Assembly: GCA_033442325.1 (NCBI GenBank)
Contig: JAWQFM010000034.1
Location: 677,444 to 694,523 of the forward strand
DNA from: Salpingoeca rosetta
Taxonomy: Eukaryota > Protista > Choanoflagellata
DNA: 17,080 nt
Reading direction: 5' to 3'
Below the pieces are notes generated by a model, which was given only the letters and a program-made list of their open reading frames with translations, was not told the origin of the DNA and searched no databases. The position numbers and the translations under genes were made by a program. Positions 1 to 8,200 of the stretch are shown here, in pieces (position 1 is the stretch's first letter; every line of letters starts with the position of its first letter).

Positions 1-879
1 CAGGCCGTCCGCTCGTCGCTCGCACTCGCACATGCCGTTGTTGCACGTGCCGTGACCAGAGCACATGATGTCGCAGCCAGCACCGGAGAAGCACTCATCG
101 CAGACGCAGACGCCGGAGTTCTTGGGTGTCTCCGTGCCGTTGATGCAGGGCTCGTTGCAGTCAATGCCCATCCAGCCATCGTCGCAGTCGATGCAGCGCG
201 GCTGCTCGCGGGGAAGGCCCTCGCACGTGCCGCGCCCATAGCAGTCGGGGTCACCAATGCAGTCCGGCTGGTCGCAGCCATCGCCCAGCCAGCCAGCGTA
301 GCATAGGCACTGTTGGGTGCTCGGCTGGCAGTCGCCGCGCCCAGAGCAGTCAATGCCAACGCCAGGGCAGCCTCGGCGCTGGCAGAACTCGCCCCAGAAA
401 CCCTCACCGTTGAACGTGCCGCAATCGCAGGTGCCGTTCACGCAGGTGCCGTAGTCGTTGCACAGCAGCTCGCAGCCGTCGCCGTGATAGCACGGCTCGC
501 ACACGCAAATGCCCGAGTCCATGGGCTCCTGGCGGCCGTGGATGCAGGGCTCATCGCAGGCCTCGCCCATCCAGCCAACCGCACAGCCGGTGCAGCGCAC
601 ATCGACAGTGCCATCCTCTAATACGACTGGGCGACACGTGCCACGGCCATTGCAGTCCTCGGGACAGTCTGGCGTGTCGCAGCCGATGCCCTTCCACCCG
701 GGCTCACAGGTACACTCAAACAGGGCTTCGTTGCACTCGCCGTGGCCACTGCAGTCCAGCGGCACGCCTCGCTGCAGACCGTGCGCGTGCCGTTGATGAC
801 GTGCACAGTGCTGCTGTGCAGCCAGTCAAGCCGAAATCTCACAGCCGGGCCCGCTGTAGCGAGTCAAAGTCGCACTGGC
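1..879 (-). CDS. Gene B, further EGF-repeat segment (3'-partial; missing from the ORF track because no stop lies in the window)
   Basis: Manual translation 768 to 1 is stop-free: GVPLDCSGHGECNEALFECTCEPGWKGIGCDTPDCPEDCNGRGTC...GWMGEACDEPCIHGRQEPMDSGICVCEPCYHGDGC...GCPGVGIDCSGRGDC...CSGHGTCNNGMCECERRADGL. The part 769-879 is garbled near the contig end but retains QCDFD/YSGPGCEI. Confidence 0.88.
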
Positions 880-1467
880 NNNNNNNNNNNNNNNNNNNNN
901 NNNNNNNNNNNNNNNNNNNNNNNNNNNNNNNNNNNNNNNNNNNNNNNNNNNNNNNNNNNNNNNNNNNNNNNNNNNNNNNNNNNNNNNNNNNNNNNNNNNN
1001 NNNNNNNNNNNNNNNNNNNNNNNNNNNNNNNNNNNNNNNNNNNNNNNNNNNNNNNNNNNNNNNNNNNNNNNNNNNNNNNNNNNNNNNNNNNNNNNNNNNN
1101 NNNNNNNNNNNNNNNNNNNNNNNNNNNNNNNNNNNNNNNNNNNNNNNNNNNNNNNNNNNNNNNNNNNNNNNNNNNNNNNNNNNNNNNNNNNNNNNNNNNN
1201 NNNNNNNNNNNNNNNNNNNNNNNNNNNNNNNNNNNNNNNNNNNNNNNNNNNNNNNNNNNNNNNNNNNNNNNNNNNNNNNNNNNNNNNNNNNNNNNNNNNN
1301 NNNNNNNNNNNNNNNNNNNNNNNNNNNNNNNNNNNNNNNNNNNNNNNNNNNNNNNNNNNNNNNNNNNNNNNNNNNNNNNNNNNNNNNNNNNNNNNNNNNN
1401 NNNNNNNNNNNNNNNNNNNNNNNNNNNNNNNNNNNNNNNNNNNNNNNNNNNNNNNNNNNNNNNNNNN
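880..1467. other. Assembly gap (588 N)
   Basis: Run of N. Confidence 0.99.
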
Positions 1468-2489
1468 GAGCAATCCAAGCCGTACAGACCGGGGCAGCCA
1501 GGCACCTCGCACAGGGAGCCCTTGTAACCGAGCTCAAACGTGCACTGGCACTTGCCGTTGACAATGCGGCCGTGGTTGGAGCACTCTGCGTCGCAGCCAC
1601 GACCTGCCCAGCCGGGCTCGCACACGCAGATGCCCGAGTTTGGGGGATCTTGGACGCCGTGGACGCACGGGTCGTTGCAGGCAGGGCCCATCCAGGGGCC
1701 ACGGCAGTCCTGGCACAACGGTGTTGGCAGCGTGTAGTTGCAGAACCCGCGACCAAAGCAGTTTGGTGAGCCGGGGCAGTCTGGCGTCTCACAGCCGGGT
1801 CCCGTCCAGCCGGGCTCACAGTCGCACCTCGCTTCAGCGGCGTTGCACTCGCCGTTGCCAGAGCACGACTGGCCAATGCGCATGCGCTCCACGCCCGCTC
1901 AGGCCACACACGCCGTCTGCCGTCTCGCCTCCGATGCAGGGCCCATTGCCCGGGCAACCGCGGATGTCACAGCGCTCGCCCCAGTAGCCGGAGAGGTAGT
2001 CGCATACGCAGGTCTTGGTGGCGGAATCAATGGTGCCGTGGCCGTTGCATTCGAGGTTGCAGCTCTCGCCTGTCCAGCCAGGGTCGCACACGCAGATGCC
2101 CGAGTTGGGAGGGTCTTGAACGCCGTGGACGCAGGGCGTGTTGCAGTCCGGGCCCATCCAGCCCTGCTCGCAGTTTCTGGCACACGGGATTGGGCAGCGT
2201 GAAGTTGCAGTAGCCGCGACCAAAGCAGTCGGGCTCACCAGGGCAGTCTGGCGTCTCGCAGCCGGGGCCGCGCCAGCCAGGGGTTGCACTCACACACGGC
2301 GTCGGCGGTGTTACACTCGCCGTTGCCCGAGCAGGGACTTTGCCAACACGCATGCGCTCGGCGTCGCTCAAGCCGCACACGCCCTTCTGCCTCACTGCTG
2401 GGAGACAGGGGCCGTTGCCTGGGCAGCCAGGTACGTCACAAGGTCACCCCAAAACCCTTTTCTCGTAGGTGCAGATACAGAGCTTCAGG
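1468..2489 (-). CDS. Gene B, internal EGF-repeat segment (multiple frameshifts, probably sequencing errors)
   Basis: Correcting single-base indels near 2460, 2441, 2334-2341, 2280, 2175 and 1895 gives a continuous EGF array: CICTYEKGFWGDLCDVPGCPGNGPC...CSGNGECNTADAVCECNPGWRGPGCETPDCPGEPDCFGRG...CVHGVQDPPNSGICVC...GCPGLYGLDC. The segment is bounded by N gaps on both sides. Confidence 0.85.
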
Positions 2490-3045
2490 NNNNNNNNNNN
2501 NNNNNNNNNNNNNNNNNNNNNNNNNNNNNNNNNNNNNNNNNNNNNNNNNNNNNNNNNNNNNNNNNNNNNNNNNNNNNNNNNNNNNNNNNNNNNNNNNNNN
2601 NNNNNNNNNNNNNNNNNNNNNNNNNNNNNNNNNNNNNNNNNNNNNNNNNNNNNNNNNNNNNNNNNNNNNNNNNNNNNNNNNNNNNNNNNNNNNNNNNNNN
2701 NNNNNNNNNNNNNNNNNNNNNNNNNNNNNNNNNNNNNNNNNNNNNNNNNNNNNNNNNNNNNNNNNNNNNNNNNNNNNNNNNNNNNNNNNNNNNNNNNNNN
2801 NNNNNNNNNNNNNNNNNNNNNNNNNNNNNNNNNNNNNNNNNNNNNNNNNNNNNNNNNNNNNNNNNNNNNNNNNNNNNNNNNNNNNNNNNNNNNNNNNNNN
2901 NNNNNNNNNNNNNNNNNNNNNNNNNNNNNNNNNNNNNNNNNNNNNNNNNNNNNNNNNNNNNNNNNNNNNNNNNNNNNNNNNNNNNNNNNNNNNNNNNNNN
3001 NNNNNNNNNNNNNNNNNNNNNNNNNNNNNNNNNNNNNNNNNNNNN
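2490..3045. other. Assembly gap (556 N)
   Basis: Run of N. Confidence 0.99.
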
Positions 3046-3728
3046 CAAAACTGGCCACCATAGCACGGGTCACACACGCACTGGCCCAGCGGGCTGCACT
3101 CGCCGTGGCCGCTGCATGTCGAGTCACGATCGCACTGGTACTCGCAGCGGTAGCCGGACCAGCCGGCATTGCACACGCACTCGCCCGCAGCGTTGAGGGC
3201 GCCGTTGCTGGCCTCGCAAAAGTCTTGAAAGGAGCATGTCAGACCAGCCCAGCCTGCGTTGCATTGGCATTGGCCGGCAACAAGGCTACCGTGGCCGCTG
3301 CAGGCGGTATTCACGCATTGCGAGCCGTCGTCGCCGTCGTCATAGGTTGGGCTGCCAGCGACAGAATAGCCCTGTTGGATGTCAATGTTTGCTTCATGGA
3401 ACGCGGAGGTGAAGACTCGTCCACCGCCACCACCGCCGCCGTAAGTTGGTGTGCAAAGGTAGCAGCTGTGGTAGCCGCCATTACCGCCGCGAGCCTGTGT
3501 GTTGCCGTGGCCCTCGAGGTAGTCTGCTTCCAACCAGACGCTTCCACCAGCACCGCCACCGCTGCCGCTATGGCCGGAGCCTCCGTTTGAGGAGGCGCTT
3601 CCATCATACTCAAGGCGCGTGGAAGCAATGATTTGCACCGCACCGCCGCCCTCGCTGTATCCTGCCGCAGTGCCGATCACACTCAGGATCAGGCAGATGA
3701 GCAGGCAAGCAGCTCGGGCCGTGCACAT
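3046..3728 (-). CDS. Gene B, N-terminal part: signal peptide, half Gly-rich module and first tenascin-type EGF repeats
   Basis: ATG in GCCACCATG context, followed by MCTARAACLLICLILSVIGTAAG (hydrophobic core, A-x-G cleavage motif). Next come GGGAVQI...GSGGGAGGSVWLEA...GGGGGGGRV and EGF units (CSGHG...CxCxxGWxGxxC). The track ORF extension 3729-3950 is microsatellite-derived and probably 5' UTR. The CDS runs into an N gap. Confidence 0.85.
3660..3728 (-). other. Predicted N-terminal secretion signal peptide of gene B (23 aa)
   Basis: Basic n-region (R5), hydrophobic AACLLICLILSVI core, and small residues at -3/-1 (AAG|YSE). Confidence 0.75.
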
Positions 3729-3734
3729 GGTGGC
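3726..3734 (-). promoter_or_regulatory. Kozak-type translation initiation context GCCACCATG
   Basis: The plus strand reads catggtggc at 3726-3734. The ATG is in frame with the EGF ORF and directly precedes the signal peptide. Confidence 0.75.
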
Positions 3735-3795
3735 ACACGTCACTGTTGCTGCGTCCTCCTTTTCGTTTTGTCTGCTCGCGCGGTCAGCGCGCGCC

Positions 3796-3840
3796 CTCTC
3801 TTGTTTCTTTCTCTCTTTCTCTCTCTCTCTCTGTCTCTTT
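3796..3840. repeat. Imperfect (CT)n/pyrimidine microsatellite in the putative 5' UTR of gene B
   Basis: ctctcttgtttctttctctctttctctctctctctctgtctcttt; reads (AG)n on the sense strand. Confidence 0.85.
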
Positions 3841-3876
3841 GCTGGAGTGGTGTTGCTGTTGTGCGCTGGCACGCGT

Positions 3877-3892
3877 TGTGTGTGTGTGTGTG
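3877..3892. repeat. (TG)8 microsatellite
   Basis: Direct reading; (CA)n on the sense strand upstream of the gene B ATG. Confidence 0.9.
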
Positions 3893-5179
3893 TTTGCGTG
3901 CACTTCTGAGACGTGTTGTCAGCCAGCCAGCTTCTTCTCGCCAGCCGCACGCACGCTTAGACGCTTGTTGTGGTTTGGTGTGTGTGGTTGAATTGGTCTT
4001 TGCAGGCGGGCTGGTGGTCTTCAACTTCTTTGCAGCCAGCGACCCCCTCCGTTCGGGCGTCTTTGCGTGCGCAGTTCGTGCGAAACGTAGCCGCTGGTGT
4101 GCTATCCACCGCAAGTTGGAAGCGATGGCGCGGCAAGCAAGCAAGCAAAAGCAAAATTGTTGGGCGAAATTTTTCACGCAAGTTCGCACTGCCTGCCTGC
4201 AAGCAAACAATTCAACACGAAAACGGGGGGAGAACGCAGGCAGGGATGCCCTCAGCCTCTCACGTCATATGCAACCTTGCAACCCAATACGGCTCGCACA
4301 ACTGCAAAACGAAAGCCCTGAAAACTTAAGCTTCACCTGCTTCCGCTACTGCCTTGTGTTCCAAGGCTCGAGAGCGAGCCAGCGTGCATGCAAGCAAAAA
4401 ACAAGCAAGCAGCGAGCAGCAGCGATGTTTTGTGGCGGCTCAACAGACCTACAGACGTGGGTGTCAGGCCACCCCTTCTGTTTTGTTGCTGGTGCGCTTG
4501 TCTCTTTTGTTGTTTCTTCGCTTCTGGCACCGCCCTTCTGTCACGTGCCCAAACATGCTGCGGTGACACCTCTACACCACATCAACACTACGGTGCTATT
4601 GTTACCAATCCCCATTCCCTTCCCACCCATTCCTCATCTGTTCCTCTGTTCTGGCTGTGGTCGGTGTGTCAGTCAAATTAGAAGGACAGCAAAACAACAA
4701 GTGCATGCATGAAAGCAGCAAACGTGATGATGTAGGAGAACAAATGAGGCGTCAAAGCGCAAATGATGTCAACAGAGAAACGCGATGGAAGAGCTCGAGG
4801 GGGAGGGGGGCAGTAAAGAAGGAAGCACGAGACAAAAAACGACAAAGAAAAAGCAAACGCAACAATCCAGATGAAGATGATCACGCCCTTCGGTATGTAT
4901 GTGAGTTTCCCGAGCTCACCAAGTACCCAAGGCACAAGAAACACCTCAATCTGCTTCAACACTTGCAGAGAGCACACGCTCATTCCAAGTCAACAAACGA
5001 AATATGCGATGATGAAGGAACGTGACAATGAAAAGAAGGGACAAAACGAGTGAGAGACGCTCATGTGAATGACCACATGAGATTGCGCACGAGGGGATGT
5101 GCACAAAGAAAGAACAACAACACGGAGGATGACTGATTTCATGTAACAAGTCAACCAGAGAAAGGGTGTGAATGAAAGG

Positions 5180-5197
5180 GCAAGAGCAAGAGCAAGA
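5180..5197. repeat. (GCAAGA)3 short tandem repeat
   Basis: gcaagagcaagagcaaga read directly from the sequence. Confidence 0.8.
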
Positions 5198-5221
5198 ACA
5201 ACATGATCAACAAAAGAAGCA

Positions 5222-5224
<3 letters not shown>

Positions 5225-5282
<58 letters not shown>
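5225..5282. repeat. (AC)29 microsatellite
   Basis: Perfect dinucleotide run beginning 3 nt downstream of the gene A stop codon, reading (GT)n on the sense strand. Confidence 0.97.
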
Positions 5283-5285
<3 letters not shown>

Positions 5286-8200
5286 TTAGTTTGACCCTGC
5301 ACCACCGCCTGCGTGGTAAGGGTAACATGCGTGGCCATAAGGATCACCAGCCTCGACACCGCAATACGAATTGCCGTGCTTTCCGCGTCCACCGCGCCCG
5401 CCATATGAACCAGCGACGCTGTCACGACAACTGCTGCCACTTGGTGTTGTTGGACCGGTCCTGATAGTGTACCCACGGGCGTTTGTGGACAGGCTCGCTC
5501 GCTGGTCAACCTTGGCCTGACGTGTCCAGATGGCAATCGTGGACGCCGTCACGGAGGAAGAATACTGCATGTGCAGCCTGTCTGCATGCAGGACAGTGAT
5601 GTCCTTCACGCGCTCGAGCGACTTGGTGTTGCCGTTGCTGTTCGTGTCAACAATCGAAGCGCCCTTGTACAGAACCAGGTCCTTGAACATGTAGTTGTTG
5701 TCCATCCAGCTCCGCTCCGCGGCCGAGCACGTGCCTTCCAAGCACGTCGTGCGCCCGCCGTTGATGTTCATGCGGGTGCCAGGCAGCAGGTAGAGCGACT
5801 GCACGCCAGAGAGCATGCCATGCACGTTGAACGTGTCTCGCACGAAGAACCGCAGCGTGCCCTCCAGCTGGCCGTCAGTATCAACTGTCATGTCCACGGC
5901 TGGGTACGACGCCTCAAGCTCGCGCCCGCCAATGTGCACCTCGCGGCCAGACTGCACATACAAGAGCCCAGTCAGGTCACCAGTCACAGACTTGAAGAAC
6001 GCCGGGGCAGAGGGCGTCGTCTTGGTGCTGAACTGCAAGCGCGCATTGTTCACCATGTGCAGGTGGTCAAAGGTCACCTGGCCTTCATCCAGCACGAACG
6101 GATACGTGTTGCGGTTGCGCCCGCGGTTGTCCAGAATGAGCGTGTGGAACGCGTCACCATCGTCAGGGTGCGAGCGCACATACACGGACCCAACACCGCC
6201 GTGCTCCGTGTCAGTGTGGCAGCCGCCGTTGTCAGTCGACGCGCCGCCGCACCGTCCACCAAACGCCGTCACAGCACCATCCCATCTGAACTCGTGCGCC
6301 GTGATGTGCACCACCACGCGGCCACCAGAGCCTCCACCGGAGTATGCGCCTCCGTTGCCGCCGTTGGCCTGGATCACGCCGTGGCCAGTCAGCCGCTCCG
6401 TATTGACGTAGATGCCACCACCAGAACCGCCGCCGCTGTAGCTGCCGCCGTTGCCGCCGTTGGAGGAAATCATCCCGTCCACTTGCAGTCGTCCGCCAAC
6501 CAGGAGGTTGATCAGGCCGCCACCAGCGCCTGCGTTGGGCCCGCCGCCGCCCGATCCAGGCATGCGGCCCGAGTTCATAAACACAGAGCCGTACACGGAA
6601 CCAAGGCTGGAGCAGTAGTCACCGCGACCGCCAACGTTGGCATACGCACCACCGCAGCCGCGGTCACCGGTGTCGGAGCTGGCACCCGGGCCCGTGTTGG
6701 CGCCGTAGCCGCTGCCATCAGCAACCAGGCGGCCCGTGTGCTCAAAGAACGACTCGCCAATGTTCAGCGTGAGCACCTGCGTGTTGCTGCGCACGAGGCC
6801 GCCAAATCGGATGTCAAAGTCGGCCACCTCCACATCCGCGTTGGGCACTTTGATGTTGAGCGTCGCCGTGTTCTTGACCTCTACGGTAGAGAACTTCATG
6901 CTGTGCGGGTCCTGCAGGCTGCGGTACGCGTCTTCGGGGTAGAATGACTTGGACGTCTCCACCACCTCGTACTCAATGCCGTGAATCACCACTGTGTCGT
7001 TGGATTTCTCCAGGGTCAACAGGGCTGTGTGGCACTGGCCGTCACACACAAACTCGCCGCCGCTCTCAACGTAGAGGTGCTCCACATTGGTCAGGCGCCC
7101 TTCAAGGATCAGGTCCTCACCGCGCAAGATGAGGTTGGGCGGCATGAGCAGCTCCGCGTCCTCATCCACGTAGTACGTCACGGGCGCATCGTGCACGTTC
7201 TCTGCAGCCACCACCACTTCCACAAAGAAGCGCTGGTTCGACCGCACGCGAATGATGCCAGTGCGATCACCGCGCACCTCGTGGCCCACAATCGTCACAT
7301 GCTCTTGATCATCGGGGTGGTAGAAGTACAACTTGGCATACCCGTCCACAGTCATCTCGTCAAAGTCGATAAAGTCGCCAGTCGTGTCCATGATGAGCGC
7401 CGGCTGAGGCACCACGTTGTTCTCTTGGTCAATGCGCACGTGTCGGTGTGGCGAAACAGGGGCGATCTTCTTCAGCTCGGGGTTGTACTTGAAGAGCGCG
7501 TACTGTGGACCGCGGTTGATCTCGTAAGCGTACACCGTACCGGGCCCGCCCTGTGGCAGGCCACCGACGGAGCGCAACGCACCACCAAAGGTGTGGCGGT
7601 GGCGGATGTGCACAGCAATGCGTCCGCCTGAGCCGCCAAAGCCGGAGCCATGGCCTGCGCCACCGTTCACGTTGACTTCGCCTTGGCCCGTGAAGTTGGT
7701 CGTCTCGATGAAGATGCTGCCACCGCTGCCACCGCCGCCGTTCGAAACAACGCCTTCTGCACCGTTGGCAATCAACACGCCGTCCATCTCGGCCTGCGAG
7801 CCGGCGTTCAGGTGAACAACGCCGCCACCCGAGCCGCGCATGCACGGCACGCTGATGATGGCCGCGGCGTTGTTCGAGTAGCAGACAGTCTCCGTCGGGG
7901 TGGCGCCAGATGCGATCCCACCGCCGCTACCGTGCAGCAGAGGCTCGTACACCGTGCCATACGGGGTGTGGGCTGTGTTGTCGATGTTGTGGCCACCGCC
8001 GTACCCACCATACGAAGCACCGAGGCCACGCCCGTTGGAGCCGTCGTAAAAGCCAGAGCCCGGGCCGGTCTGCGCAGCAAAGCCACGCCCACCAGCGGCC
8101 AGGGCACCGCCATACTCGATGGAGAAGAGGGTGGTGTCGATCTTGCCCTCGTTCATCATCATCAAGCCACCGTAGCGAATGAAGATGTCGGTTGCAGAGA

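Larger units (their letters stand above)
3729..5285. other. Non-coding spacer: putative 3' UTR of gene A, promoter and 5' UTR of gene B (alternatively an intron)
   Basis: Lower GC, microsatellites and no codon bias. The sense (minus) strand is T-rich at ~4680-5285 and A-rich at ~3740-4080. Confidence 0.75.

Noticed and set aside
742-3590. ORFs spanning the N gaps
   Set aside because: Their length is an artefact of N codons never producing stops.
1-3728. Assignment as tenascin or teneurin orthologue
   Set aside because: Only the EGF type is shared. The N-terminal Gly-rich half-module and 4-EGF cassette differ, and no FN3, fibrinogen, NHL or YD region is visible, so no gene symbol is given.
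3729-3950. 74-codon N-terminal extension of ORF 2436..3950
   Set aside because: It starts at a non-ATG codon and is repeat-derived (THTHT, REREKERK). The Kozak ATG and signal peptide at 3728 are a much better start.
3633-5328. Spacer ORFs (3633..4712 +, 4657..5025 +, 4678..4983 -, 4990..5328 - and others)
   Set aside because: They are translations of microsatellites and skewed composition (CVCVCV, SLSLSL, K/R-rich), lack the codon bias of the real genes, and contain no recognisable domain.
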